This document shows positions 7,195 through 17,522 of a stretch of DNA of 55,777 bases, one piece after another. How positions within the stretch are numbered: the first letter of the stretch is position 1; every line of letters starts with the position of its first letter. Both the position numbers and the translations under genes were made by a program. Source of the stretch: a virus (lineage: Duplodnaviria; Caudoviricetes); the IMG/VR virus record IMGVR_UViG_3300025280_000039, positions 1 through 55,777 of that record. One strand, written 5' to 3'. The notes beneath the pieces are model-generated. The model searched no databases, was not told where the DNA came from, and saw only the letters and a list, made by a program, of their open reading frames with translations.

Positions 7195-8640
7195 CTATTT
7201 AGTCAACCAGTTTCTAAGATTTTCGCCCAGCACTTCGCTGGCGATGTCCATTTTGTTGCGGAGGGCCTTGACGATCCGCTCGTCAATGGTTTTCTCCGCA
7301 ATGAAATCAATGTAAGTGACGCTTTTGTGTTGCCCAATTCTGTGAGCTCGGTCCTCGGACTGCATTCGCACTGCCAGGTCAAAACTATTGCTGAAGTAGA
7401 TGACCGTCTGGGCTGCCGTTAGAGTGATGCCGTACCCGCCGGTCTGGGGGTTGCCTACGAAATACATGGCCTTCCCGTTTTGAAATCGCTCGATGCCCCG
7501 GGTCCGTTCTTCGTCGCTGGTGTCCCCATAGTAGAGAACGGTGGAGTCGGCACCATATTTTTTGATAAGGGCTTGGCTGATGCGCTGCACGTCGTAGCGG
7601 AACCGCGACCAGATAATGACTTTGCCTTCCATTTCTTCGAGGCAGGTCAAGAGCTCGTTCAGGCGGTTGTCATTGATCTCGATCAGGTCGCCACCGTCGG
7701 ATTTGGTATGGCCGCTCAACACCTGCTGTAGGCGTAGGAGCTGGGTCATGACGTTTGTGGTGGTCATAAATTCGTCATCGCCTATTTGCGCCAACGCAAA
7801 TTCTCGGAGCTCGTTATATATACGAGCCTGGTCCTCGCTCAGCGTGATGTTTCTCTGTGTATAGATCTTCGGAGGAAGATCGAGGCACTCATCCTTGCGG
7901 ATACGGTGGCTGAATCGCTTCAGCAGCCAGGAAAGTCTGTCCAGGTCGCGATATCCGACCACCAGGTTAAATTCGTGAGTGCCCACCTGCCGGCGCTTCA
8001 TGACAGCGTAGCGATATTGGTACTGGTAGAAGTTGTTTCCCACCTCCCCCAGCAGGTGTTTGTCCAGAAATCGGCATTGAGACCACAGATCCAACGGAGA
8101 CTGGGTCACCGGTGAGCCGGTCAAAATCCGCCGATACTTGGCCAATTCCCCCAGTTTGATGACCGCTTTGGTGCGTCTCGCCTTCGGACTCTTGATGGCG
8201 GTGGACTCGTCAATGGCCAATAACGCCTGAGACTCTCTTAAAAGCTGCCCAAGGAACTTTTGTCCTTTGGCAGTGGATAGGGACTCTATATTCATAACGA
8301 GGATTCTGAGGCTTTCTGAGGGCTCTAAAACCTTCAGCAGCGTCTGCTTCTGAGCTTTATTGGGGGTTGGGGTCCAGACAGCCAAATGCCTGTCGATTGA
8401 GTCGGGCAGGTGCTTTGGGATCTCGAGGACAGCCCAGTTGCGGTAGACGCCTTTCGGGGCCACCACCACAAAGGTGTCAATGAGATCGTGTTGGAACAAC
8501 ACGGCGACGTTGTCGATGCATATTTTGGATTTACCGGTTCCCATGTCCAGGAACAGAGCCCAGTTTTCATGAGCCCAGCATTCTTTGAGAACGGTGGATT
8601 GATGAGCGAACGGTTTCGTTTTGAACTTATACGAGTTCAT
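7195..8640 (-). CDS. SNF2-family (SF2) helicase
   Basis: DMGTGKS Walker A, DEST Walker B, LTGSP motif III, QSEDRAHRIGQ motif VI. Confidence 0.92.
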   Translation of the reverse strand: MNSYKFKTKPFAHQSTVLKECWAHENWALFLDMGTGKSKICIDNVAVLFQHDLIDTFVVVAPKGVYRNWAVLEIPKHLPDSIDRHLAVWTPTPNKAQKQTLLKVLEPSESLRILVMNIESLSTAKGQKFLGQLLRESQALLAIDESTAIKSPKARRTKAVIKLGELAKYRRILTGSPVTQSPLDLWSQCRFLDKHLLGEVGNNFYQYQYRYAVMKRRQVGTHEFNLVVGYRDLDRLSWLLKRFSHRIRKDECLDLPPKIYTQRNITLSEDQARIYNELREFALAQIGDDEFMTTTNVMTQLLRLQQVLSGHTKSDGGDLIEINDNRLNELLTCLEEMEGKVIIWSRFRYDVQRISQALIKKYGADSTVLYYGDTSDEERTRGIERFQNGKAMYFVGNPQTGGYGITLTAAQTVIYFSNSFDLAVRMQSEDRAHRIGQHKSVTYIDFIAEKTIDERIVKALRNKMDIASEVLGENLRNWLTK

Positions 8641-8876
8641 TCTTTCTCCTTTCAGGGTCTGACATCACAATACATGATACAGCAGGTCGACGGAGGTTGT
8701 ATAGGAGGTACGTCTTGGAACCACATTGGGTACGTCTTGGAGCCATATTCCAGGTCCAAAACGTGGTAGACGCCTTCTCAAGAGAATTTGCGTTGACGGA
8801 CGCTGCACCGCAGTCCATAATAAATGGCGTGAGGGAACTCTTTTCCATTCCCTTACAATCAGAGAGGAGAAAGCAG

Positions 8877-9212
8877 TTGGAATCGACCGTCTTTGTAGTG
8901 CAGGAAAACCCCCGAGTCGATGTGGTATCGGCGGCTCAGTGGGGCAACCTCATTGCCCTCTCGAATCCTTTCGACCAAGTTCATCTCAATCCAGGTCGGA
9001 TCGTTTCTCAGTTCCGTCGCAAGCTACGCCGATACAGTGATAATGACTGGCTGTTGCCCTTGGGCGACCCAGCCATGATCGGTATTGCGTTTGCTGTTGC
9101 CGCGGATGCCAATGAGGGGCGAGTAAACTTACTCAAATGGGACCGACTGGAGAAGCACTACTACCCTGTGAAAATCAGTGTACGTGGAGGAATTGAGGAA
9201 CTCACAACCTGA
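8877..9212 (+). CDS. conserved hypothetical phage protein (replication module)
   Basis: TTG start after GAGGAG SD; DWLLPLGDPAMIG...LKWDRLEKHYYP. Confidence 0.6.
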   Translation: MESTVFVVQENPRVDVVSAAQWGNLIALSNPFDQVHLNPGRIVSQFRRKLRRYSDNDWLLPLGDPAMIGIAFAVAADANEGRVNLLKWDRLEKHYYPVKISVRGGIEELTT

Positions 9213-9225
9213 CGAGGATAAACGT

Positions 9226-9795
9226 ATGAGCACGAACGATGTCTGGGAGACCATTACAGCGGACGCATCGGCTTTTGAAGGGTTGACCACCGAGGGTGGG
9301 TCGGAGCTTTCAGATTTGGTCCGGCAGATTGGCCGTGTCAACAAAGAAGTTTCGGCACTGGATGAGCAGCTCAAGGCGCTGAAGCGCAAGCGCGACCACT
9401 ATATCTACGATCTCATTCCCGCAAAAATGCAGGAAACCGGCTTGGACAAGGTTGTGGTGGGAGACAATACCGTCAGCCTGTCCACGTTTGTTTCCTGCAC
9501 AATGCCGAAAGATCCAATGCAGAAGCAGGTAGCCCTGCAACATTTGCGGTCAATTGGCGCTGGGGATTTCATCAAGAACACAGTCAGTGTTGATTTTGGT
9601 GTCAGTCAGGACAAGGAGGCCAAAAGTTTCCAAGCTGACTTGAGTGATCGTGGGCTACAGCCAGAGAGCAAGACTTGGGTTGAACCGATGACGCTGAAGA
9701 AGTTGATCAAAGAACGTGCGGAGAATGGCCAAGAAATAGATTTGGAACTTTTTAACGCATATATCGGAACAGTAGCGAAGATCAAAGGAGCATAG
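9226..9795 (+). CDS. hypothetical phage replication-module protein (coiled coil)
   Basis: ATG after GAGG SD; DLIPAKMQE...DFIKNTVSVDFG...VEPMTLK. Confidence 0.7.
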   Translation: MSTNDVWETITADASAFEGLTTEGGSELSDLVRQIGRVNKEVSALDEQLKALKRKRDHYIYDLIPAKMQETGLDKVVVGDNTVSLSTFVSCTMPKDPMQKQVALQHLRSIGAGDFIKNTVSVDFGVSQDKEAKSFQADLSDRGLQPESKTWVEPMTLKKLIKERAENGQEIDLELFNAYIGTVAKIKGA

Positions 9796-9797
9796 AG

Positions 9798-10559
9798 ATG
9801 GCAAAAGGTAATGGGAAAGACGCTGCACTGAAACGTGCATTCGAAGCGGATGCAGGAATCGGGTTTGAGGAAGTCACATCATCAGACATCCAAATCCCCT
9901 TTCTGCGAATCATTCAGGCATTGTCGCCTCAAATTAAGAAGAGTGACCCAGCGTTCATTGAAGGCGCGGCACAAGGCGATATTTTCAACACCGTAACCAC
10001 TACGGTGTGGGATGGGGGGGACGGTGTTTCCGTTTTGCCCGTCTATTTCGAAACCAAGATGCTCGAGTTCGTGCCCAGGCATCAAGGTGGAGGATTTGTG
10101 GGGGAACTGTCCACCGGGAGTGATGAAGTGCGCCGGGCAGTGCGAGACACGGACAGTGGTTTGGAACTGCTGGAAAACGGAAATGAACTGGTCAGGACTG
10201 CCAGTCACTACATCAAGATTGTGCATGACAACGGCGATCTTGAGAACGCAATCGTGGATATGAAAAAGACCCAGCTTAAGAAGTCCCGGCTGTGGTTGTC
10301 CATGATGATGATGCAGAAGCAGAACGGCGTCACTTTGCCCAGTTTTGCCAACACCTACCGTTTGAAAGCGGTCGAGGACGGCAACGACAAGGGAAGTTGG
10401 TTTACATGGAGTATCAGCTTGGAGGGCATGGTGCCGACTCTTGAGGCTTACACCGAGGCAAAGGAACTGCACGGCAGCATCAAGCGCGGTGAAATGCGCC
10501 TCACGCCTCCTCCAACAGAGGCGGTACTCGGGGCACCTTCAGAAGACTTGCCGTTCTGA
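9798..10559 (+). CDS. probable ssDNA-binding protein
   Basis: IPFLRIIQALSPQ...GDIFNT; acidic C-terminal EDLPF tail; directly before primase. Confidence 0.6.
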   Translation: MAKGNGKDAALKRAFEADAGIGFEEVTSSDIQIPFLRIIQALSPQIKKSDPAFIEGAAQGDIFNTVTTTVWDGGDGVSVLPVYFETKMLEFVPRHQGGGFVGELSTGSDEVRRAVRDTDSGLELLENGNELVRTASHYIKIVHDNGDLENAIVDMKKTQLKKSRLWLSMMMMQKQNGVTLPSFANTYRLKAVEDGNDKGSWFTWSISLEGMVPTLEAYTEAKELHGSIKRGEMRLTPPPTEAVLGAPSEDLPF

Positions 10560-10565
10560 TTTGTG

Positions 10566-10594
10566 AGCCCCCCGTTCGCGGGGGGCTTCTTTTT
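10566..10594 (+). terminator. intrinsic terminator
   Basis: AGCCCCCCG-TTCG-CGGGGGGCT followed by TCTTTTT. Confidence 0.75.
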
Positions 10595-10596
10595 CG

Positions 10597-12126
10597 ATGT
10601 CAGAACTCGAACGTTTCTTCCGCTTGTTTCGCGGCTACTCTAACGCCTACGGCACAACCACCGTAACTGGGACCGAGGCGAATGGGAAGGCTAAGGCCAA
10701 CTCGTTCATTGTCCGTGAGCCGTTGACGCTGGAGCTCATGGAGCAGCACCTCGGTGGTTTTATGGGAATTGGTGCCATCCCCATTGATGAGAAGAGTCTT
10801 AGCTTTTTCGGTGCGCTCGACATTGACGATTACAATTTAGACCTAGTCGGGTTGCTCGAGAAGATACGCAGATTCAAGTTGCCCCTAGTTTTGTGTCGGT
10901 CGAAAAGCGGCGGGGCACATTTATATTTGTTCCTGTCGGAAGCCATTCCAGCGGTTGAGATCAGAGACAAGCTCGCCGAGTTCGCATCGATTCTGGGCTG
11001 GGGTACTTGTGAGATTTTCCCTAAGCAGGATGAGGTCCGCACCGAACGTGGAGACGTTGGTAACTTCATCAACCTGCCTTACCACAACGCAGAGTACACA
11101 ACGCGATACGCGCTGGATAAAGACGGTGAACCGCTTACTCTTGCCGAGTTTTTAGATCTGGCTGAGTCTTGCTGCTGCACACCGGATGCGTTGAGGTCCA
11201 TCAAAGAAGACAAGGAGAGTGTCCTGCCGGACGGCCCTCCTTGCTTGCAGCAACTGAGTTGTGGCGGGATCCCAGAAGGTGGCCGAAACAACACTCTTTT
11301 AAACGTGGGCGTCTACTTCCGCCAAGCTCATCCGGAGACGTGGGCTGAGAAGCTCGAGGAATACAATCGAGACTTTTGTTCTCCTGCGCTGCCGGCCAGG
11401 GAGATTGTCACCATACAGAACCAGTTGGAGAAGAAAGACTATTACTACACCTGCAAGCAGGAGCCGTTGCACAGTCATTGCAATCGGGCTAAATGCAGAC
11501 TGCGCAAATTCGGTATAGGCAATGGCCAGGCTCTTCCAATGCTCAGTGGCTTGACCGTCGTGGAGTCTGAGCCGCCGGTATGGTTTTTGGATGTGGATGG
11601 TTCGAGGCTCGAGCTCTCCACCAAGCAGTTGCAAATGCAGCAGGAATTTCAGCGTGCTGCGATGGAGCAGATGTACAAGATGCCGGCCAAGATGAAAGAG
11701 GCCGAGTGGCGTGATTTGGTTGACGGTCTTCTCGAGAATGCGACCAAGATAGATGTTCCGGATGAGCTTACGCACAAAGGGCTTTTTGTCGAGCTCGTGG
11801 AGAATTTCTGCATCAGCCGGCTGCAAGCGCATTCCGCAGAAGAGTTAGTGGTGGGCAAACCGTGGACAGAAGACGGTTACACATACTTCAAGTTGAGTGC
11901 ATTACAGGACTTTTTAAAACGACACAACTTTACGCATTACACCCGCGGACAAATCACTGAACGTTTGAAGGAAATGAACGACGGTGATAAGGCGATGCAC
12001 CAGTATCGCTATAAAGATGACCGTGGCGAGTGGAGAAATGTGCGTGTTTGGGGTGTTCCGGAAGTTAACAAGGGTGATGTAGAGCTCCCCGCCGTGGAGG
12101 TGGAAGATGACGAGGTACCGTTCTGA
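10597..12126 (+). CDS. AEP-superfamily primase with PriCT-like domain
   Basis: ALDIDD, SKSGGAHLY, EIFPKQ...GNFINLPY; PPCL...GIPEGGRNN. Confidence 0.85.
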   Translation: MSELERFFRLFRGYSNAYGTTTVTGTEANGKAKANSFIVREPLTLELMEQHLGGFMGIGAIPIDEKSLSFFGALDIDDYNLDLVGLLEKIRRFKLPLVLCRSKSGGAHLYLFLSEAIPAVEIRDKLAEFASILGWGTCEIFPKQDEVRTERGDVGNFINLPYHNAEYTTRYALDKDGEPLTLAEFLDLAESCCCTPDALRSIKEDKESVLPDGPPCLQQLSCGGIPEGGRNNTLLNVGVYFRQAHPETWAEKLEEYNRDFCSPALPAREIVTIQNQLEKKDYYYTCKQEPLHSHCNRAKCRLRKFGIGNGQALPMLSGLTVVESEPPVWFLDVDGSRLELSTKQLQMQQEFQRAAMEQMYKMPAKMKEAEWRDLVDGLLENATKIDVPDELTHKGLFVELVENFCISRLQAHSAEELVVGKPWTEDGYTYFKLSALQDFLKRHNFTHYTRGQITERLKEMNDGDKAMHQYRYKDDRGEWRNVRVWGVPEVNKGDVELPAVEVEDDEVPF

Positions 12127-13679
12127 TGGATAAAACAGAAATTACATATCTAGGTCCGCCGGGCACTGGTAAGACGCAAAACAATTCCAACTTGGTGCGC
12201 AACTGCATTGAAGAGGGCATAGCGCCAGACAGAATAGCTAATGTGTCTTTTACCAGGCGTGCGGCTCGTGAATGTCGGGAGCGCGTGCATAAGGATTGGG
12301 GCTTGGAGCAAGATACTCTTCCCTTTTTCCAAACGCTGCACAGCATGGCGTTCAGGGCAGGCGGGTATAAGAAGGATGATGTGATAGGCGTCAAGGATCT
12401 AAGAGCCATTGGCGACTATTTGGGACTGACCTTCAGTTTTCCGGACAGGAGTGCTGAGACAGACATAGACCGGTTCGGAATGATTACGGAGGGGGACAAA
12501 TACCTAAACCTGTACAGTTATGCTCGAAGCATCTGCCAGAGCTATGAGGAACGCTTCAGACTTCTTGGAGATTATGATCTGAAGTGGCCCATTCTGAGTC
12601 GGTTTGTCACAACGTATGAAGACTACAAGCGGACCAATCAAAAGATAGACTTCACCGACATGATAGAGGAGTTCATTGCAATGGATGAGTGTCCGCCCAT
12701 TGACGCTCTCTTTGTCGACGAGGCTCAAGACCTTTCGACTTTGCAATGGAAAATGATTGATGTTCTTAGAAGGAGGGCGCTCACCCAGGTTTTCAGTGGC
12801 GATGATGACCAAGCAATCATGTCGTTTGCCGGCGCGGACGTGGGTGCATTTCAGCGATGCACAGAGAAAAAGCAGGTTCTCACGCAGTCGTACCGAATAC
12901 CTAGGGCCATTTATGAAATAGCCAACATGGTTTCCAGCAGGATCGTCAACCGTGTTCCAAAGGAGTGGAGGCCCACAAAAGAAAAGGGCGCTATCTTCGA
13001 GCATATGGGTTTGGACAGCATTCCTCTCGAGCAGGGCGAGTGGCTCCTGATGACTCGAACCAACAGACTTGCCCATGCCTATGGAATACGGCTAAGACAG
13101 CAGGGACTGATCTATCAAGATCGTCACGGTAATCCTTCTATCCCCTCCAAGTTGTTTGATGCGATCGTTGACTGGGAGGCTTGGTTGCGGGGGGCGAAGA
13201 TACTTCCTTCCCAGATAAAAGGCATCTACTCCTATATGAAGTCCGGCGTTGGGTATTGCCGGGGTTTCGGACCCAATTCGAAAAACTTGTTAGAGCTCGA
13301 TGCCAATATTCCTTTGACCATGGAAGAAGCTCGTACGTCGGCGGGTCTCACAGCTCCTAAAGAGATGTGGAAACTGGTAATGACGGGCCGCAACATTGAT
13401 GAGGAGACCAAGCAGTACATCCTCAGCGCCCGGCGCCGTGGAGATAACGTAAAGAAGCCTAGGATTACTATCAGCACTGTCCATTCGATGAAGGGCGCGG
13501 AGCGCGACAACGTGATTCTGGTTCCGGAGTTGAACTGGAGAAGCTACAAGGGATATCAGACGGACCCAGACCCGGAGCATAGGGTGTGGTATGTGGGGAT
13601 CACCAGGGCCAAGGAAACCCTGCACATTTTGAATCCCACATACACGAATGGCCAAAAAACATACAAGTACGATATTTAA
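12126..13679 (+). CDS. UvrD/Rep-like SF1 helicase
   Basis: GPPGTGKT, VDEAQD, GDDDQAI, QSYR, STVHSMKGAE, YVGITRAK. Confidence 0.92.
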   Translation: MDKTEITYLGPPGTGKTQNNSNLVRNCIEEGIAPDRIANVSFTRRAARECRERVHKDWGLEQDTLPFFQTLHSMAFRAGGYKKDDVIGVKDLRAIGDYLGLTFSFPDRSAETDIDRFGMITEGDKYLNLYSYARSICQSYEERFRLLGDYDLKWPILSRFVTTYEDYKRTNQKIDFTDMIEEFIAMDECPPIDALFVDEAQDLSTLQWKMIDVLRRRALTQVFSGDDDQAIMSFAGADVGAFQRCTEKKQVLTQSYRIPRAIYEIANMVSSRIVNRVPKEWRPTKEKGAIFEHMGLDSIPLEQGEWLLMTRTNRLAHAYGIRLRQQGLIYQDRHGNPSIPSKLFDAIVDWEAWLRGAKILPSQIKGIYSYMKSGVGYCRGFGPNSKNLLELDANIPLTMEEARTSAGLTAPKEMWKLVMTGRNIDEETKQYILSARRRGDNVKKPRITISTVHSMKGAERDNVILVPELNWRSYKGYQTDPDPEHRVWYVGITRAKETLHILNPTYTNGQKTYKYDI

Positions 13680-15627
13680 AATGCCTGAAGATCTCTTTGA
13701 CGAATCGGTTTGGACTCCTCCCGCGGAGCTCCCAAACCTGTCGGACGCGACAGTCATGGCGATTGACGTAGAGACACGAGATCCACATCTCAAAACGCTT
13801 GGGCCTGGATGGCCCAGGAAGGATGGCAATCTGATTGGGGTGGCTGTGGCCGTTGATGGATGGAATGCCTACCTGCCCTTCGGTCATGGGCCTGTTGGCG
13901 ATAATCGCGGTCATGGAAACATGTCCAAGACGCTGGTGCTGCGATGGCTGAGGGATCAACTGTCGCACGGTATGCCGGTAGTGTTTCACAACGCCCAGTA
14001 TGATTTGGGTTGGCTGCTGACCGAGGGGGTAGAGGTTAAGAACCCCATACTGGACACAATGATTGCTGCCCCGTTGCTCGATGAGAACCGCTTCAGTTAC
14101 GCATTGAATTCGCTGGGCGCTAGCTATCTAGGTGAGCGTAAGCAGGAGGAGGACTTAAGACGGGCCGCGGCACAGCACGGCGTGGATGCAAAGGCTGAGA
14201 TGTGGAAGCTCCCGGCGGCCAGGGTTGCGTTGTATGCCCAGACAGATGCCCGGTTGACCTTGGACCTTTGGCATGTGTTGAACCGCAAGCTCCGTGAGGA
14301 CGGCTGCCAGTCCATCCTGGACCTAGAGCTCTCGTTGTTGCCGGTGGTGTTTGAAATGCGCCGGCGTGGAGTGCGTGTTGATTTAGAGAAGGCAGCGCGC
14401 ACCAAGAAGGGACTTCTGGATCTAGAGAATTCACTGCTAACGGAAGTTAAAAAGCAGACAGGTATCTGGCTGGAGCCATGGAACGCCCAGAGTTTGGCCA
14501 GTGTTTTTGACAAGCTTGGGCTAGAGTATGGCCGAACGGCCAAGAGCGGAGCTCCAAGCTTTACAAAGCATTTTTTGAAGACGCACGAGCACCCTATCGC
14601 CAAGACCATTCTTGAGATCCGCGAGTACAACAAGGCGAATACGACTTTTGTCGATACGATCTTGAACCATCAGCATGAAGGCCGTATCCATTGTGAGTTC
14701 AATCAACTGCGCTCAGACGGCGGCGGTACGGTGACGGGGCGGTTTTCTTCGAGCCATCCTAATTTGCAGCAGATGCCGGCAAGGCACCCTGAGATCAAGA
14801 AGTTGATACGAGGGCTGTTCCTGCCGGAAGAGGGCTGCCAGTGGGGGAGCTTTGACTACTCAGCCCAGGAGCCACGGTGGCTGGTGCATTACGCATGCCA
14901 GACAAAGATAGGTCTCGAGGACGATAAGGTCCAAGAGATAGTGAGGCAGTATCACAAGGACGATTTGGACTTCCACCAAAAGGTCGCTGACATGGCCGGG
15001 GTGGATCGAACATTGGCCAAGACCCTGAATTTGGGAATCATGTACGGGATGGGTGTGGCGAAGATGGCGACGGTGCTTGGGGATATCTCCTTTGAGGAGG
15101 CCAAGGCCCTACGCAACGAGTATGAAAGGGAGGTGCCGTTTATCAGAGAGTGCGCCACCTTGGTTATGGAGAGGGCAAAGAAGCGCAAGGAAATTAAGAC
15201 ACTGCTGGGGCGTAAGTGCAGGTTTCCAATGCGGGAGAAGCACGGTGAGAAGCTCTCACTGATTCACTACGAAACGGTAGAGGCGCAGTGGAAGGAGATT
15301 ATGGATACGCCCGGCGATGAACGAGAGGCCAAATACGGCCCTCTCTGGAAGTGGAGAGATCCAGACAAGCAGAAAGTAGCGTTTGTATATAAGGCGTTGA
15401 ATAAGTTGATTCAGGCGTCAAGCGCCGATCAGACAAAGCAGGCAATGGCCGATTGTAGCAGTAATGGCTATTTACCCATGCTCACTGTTCATGACGAGCT
15501 CTGCTTTTCAATTGAAAGCGATGAGCAGGCAGCTCATATCAAGCAGCTCATGGAGACGTGCATCGAGATGAAGGTGCCGTCAAAAATAGACATTGGTATT
15601 GGCGATAATTGGGGAGAAGCAAAATGA
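13648..15627 (+). CDS. polA: family A DNA polymerase with 3'-5' exonuclease
   Basis: DVET exo I, FHNAQYD exo II, TGRFSSSHPNLQQ, DYSAQEPR motif A, KTLNLGIMYG motif B, VHDEL motif C. Confidence 0.95.
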   Translation: MAKKHTSTIFKMPEDLFDESVWTPPAELPNLSDATVMAIDVETRDPHLKTLGPGWPRKDGNLIGVAVAVDGWNAYLPFGHGPVGDNRGHGNMSKTLVLRWLRDQLSHGMPVVFHNAQYDLGWLLTEGVEVKNPILDTMIAAPLLDENRFSYALNSLGASYLGERKQEEDLRRAAAQHGVDAKAEMWKLPAARVALYAQTDARLTLDLWHVLNRKLREDGCQSILDLELSLLPVVFEMRRRGVRVDLEKAARTKKGLLDLENSLLTEVKKQTGIWLEPWNAQSLASVFDKLGLEYGRTAKSGAPSFTKHFLKTHEHPIAKTILEIREYNKANTTFVDTILNHQHEGRIHCEFNQLRSDGGGTVTGRFSSSHPNLQQMPARHPEIKKLIRGLFLPEEGCQWGSFDYSAQEPRWLVHYACQTKIGLEDDKVQEIVRQYHKDDLDFHQKVADMAGVDRTLAKTLNLGIMYGMGVAKMATVLGDISFEEAKALRNEYEREVPFIRECATLVMERAKKRKEIKTLLGRKCRFPMREKHGEKLSLIHYETVEAQWKEIMDTPGDEREAKYGPLWKWRDPDKQKVAFVYKALNKLIQASSADQTKQAMADCSSNGYLPMLTVHDELCFSIESDEQAAHIKQLMETCIEMKVPSKIDIGIGDNWGEAK

Positions 15628-16238
15628 AAGATTACTTAATTCAGGTCCGCGTCAAGAACGGCTATTTGCATAGGAGAATGCGCGAAATGGGCTTTCCCTC
15701 AAACGCAGCCCTGAGTCGAGAAAGCGGGGTCAGCTCGTCGCGTATCGGGGAGTTTTTGAACCTCAAAAGCTACCCGATGAGCAGAATTACGGGACAATGG
15801 CTTGCGGGCGTGCAGGCGCTGGCCGACACACTCAATTGTCTTCCAGAGGACCTGTTTCCGCCGCAGCACATTCAAGACCCGCTCACAAAAAATAAAGTGG
15901 AGTTCGAGATGAATTTGGATGAGGTGCGGTTGCTGGAAAGACAAAGCGACCCTGAGGCCCTCTTGCTTGAAGATGAGTCTCGGACCCTGGTCCATGCGGC
16001 GTTGGCCAGCTTGGCCAAGAAAAATCCCAGGGAAGCGCAGGCTGTTCAGCAGCGGTTTTTCGAGGACGCCACTTTAAAAGAAATCGCCGATAAACTGCCA
16101 TACACAATTCGGCCCCCTAGCGGGAGCGGTCCCCGAGAGACAAAAACAGTGTCTGTGGAACGAGCACGACAGATGGTTAAAAGCGGTATACGAGACCTGA
16201 AAAAAATTCTGGAGATCCCACAGGAGTTTTGGCGATGA
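15624..16238 (+). CDS. HTH plus sigma-70 region 4-like transcription regulator
   Basis: N-terminal XRE-like HTH (NAALSRESGVSSSRIG); C-terminal PREAQAVQQRF...TLKEIA...VSVERARQ. Confidence 0.7.
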   Translation: MKDYLIQVRVKNGYLHRRMREMGFPSNAALSRESGVSSSRIGEFLNLKSYPMSRITGQWLAGVQALADTLNCLPEDLFPPQHIQDPLTKNKVEFEMNLDEVRLLERQSDPEALLLEDESRTLVHAALASLAKKNPREAQAVQQRFFEDATLKEIADKLPYTIRPPSGSGPRETKTVSVERARQMVKSGIRDLKKILEIPQEFWR

Positions 16239-16272
16239 CTAGGGGAAGCAGAGAAATTATTTTCGTCAGGCC

Positions 16273-16548
16273 ATGGCGCTAAAGAAGTTTCCGACAAATT
16301 GGGTGTGGAGAAGCAAAATGAATTGCACGTACACGTACAGCTTTCCTGTAGATGAGTGGGGCCGTCTCGGTGGTTTGTATTCGACGGCAGATGTGCCGGT
16401 TGCCAAGTTCCAGGACTTGACTCGAGACGGCATTATCATAGCGCAGAATGAAAAAGGGTCTGCGTACAAGGTTCGGGATGTGAAGGAGGGATTTGTTCGG
16501 TGGATTCCCTCAAACAACGTGGAGGTTGAGGACGATTCGTCTATATGA
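16273..16548 (+). CDS. hypothetical protein
   Basis: 91-aa ORF continuing the + strand operon. Confidence 0.45.
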   Translation: MALKKFPTNWVWRSKMNCTYTYSFPVDEWGRLGGLYSTADVPVAKFQDLTRDGIIIAQNEKGSAYKVRDVKEGFVRWIPSNNVEVEDDSSI

Positions 16549-16960
16549 ATTCGTCAGGATAATTTTCATCCAGCCATTTTCCGTAATTCTTTTTAGATCG
16601 GCTCCATTCATCGTGGCACGTTAGGTTTAAATCAATTTCGGTGCCACCTTCCCAGGTAACGCCATAGCAGATGAATGAGTGGTTACCCTCGGTATTCCCT
16701 TTGCCCCAGTATCCGTAGCAATAACCATCCTTCTTTGCCTCCTCAATCATGGTAGACAGCATTTCAGGAGACAGCATTCTATTGGTGTGCTGATGGAAAG
16801 ACAGGACATGAGCTTTTTTACATAGCTCGATGCCTTTTTCCAGGCTGTCAGTGTGCTTGATTGATGGCCCGGGATACGTGGACTTTACCCTGTCCCGGGG
16901 ATACGTGGGGATAGCCCACAATGTCAAAGTGACCGCGATAGCTAGGACGATGCGTAGCAT
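16541..16960 (-). CDS. hypothetical exported protein
   Basis: N-terminal signal-like segment MLRIVLAIAVTLTLWA. Confidence 0.55.
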   Translation of the reverse strand: MLRIVLAIAVTLTLWAIPTYPRDRVKSTYPGPSIKHTDSLEKGIELCKKAHVLSFHQHTNRMLSPEMLSTMIEEAKKDGYCYGYWGKGNTEGNHSFICYGVTWEGGTEIDLNLTCHDEWSRSKKNYGKWLDENYPDEFI

Positions 16961-17075
16961 CAGAGTTGCTCACTAGTACCGTCATCACGACTACGTAGAA
17001 GTTTCAGTGCAAGTGCAGGTCTCGCAGCGGTAACGGCCTTCGATAAACACTATCTTGGGCTTAGTGCAGCCACAC

Positions 17076-17522
17076 TTAGGGCAGACTGCTCCATGTGAGT
17101 CCGTCGTACCTTCCAGATTTTCTTCGGTTTTCTTCTCCGACATAGCTACAGTGAACCCATCCAGAACTAGGTTCACCCTCCTTGTAAAATTCCAGAATCA
17201 GTTGATCGAAATCCAGCACGTTCTTCAGCCATAGACCTATTTCTAGGTTAGATACGCCAGGTAGCTCGAAGTCCACAGCTTGTCCATTGATATGTTGGCT
17301 GGTATCAGAGGAACCAATCTGTCTATTCAGAAGCACGCAGCGATAGCCGCTCGAGGGGCTGAAGGGCTTATTATAATACTTCCTGACTGGCTCTAGGATG
17401 TGGAGGCACAGTTTCTTGAGGTTTTCGATGTGTTCTGGGCCAGGGACATTAGCTATCCCATATCTTTGAGCTATCTGGGACTTGGTGAGCTCTTCAAGAG
17501 TGAAGTGCCTTGAGAGCCTCAC
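17076..17522 (-). CDS. peptidase M15A endolysin
   Basis: RLSRHFTLEELTKS...SSGYRC..LN..IG....SQH..GQAVDF...WVHCSY; GTG start overlapping upstream stop. Confidence 0.9.
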   Translation of the reverse strand: MRLSRHFTLEELTKSQIAQRYGIANVPGPEHIENLKKLCLHILEPVRKYYNKPFSPSSGYRCVLLNRQIGSSDTSQHINGQAVDFELPGVSNLEIGLWLKNVLDFDQLILEFYKEGEPSSGWVHCSYVGEENRRKSGRYDGLTWSSLP

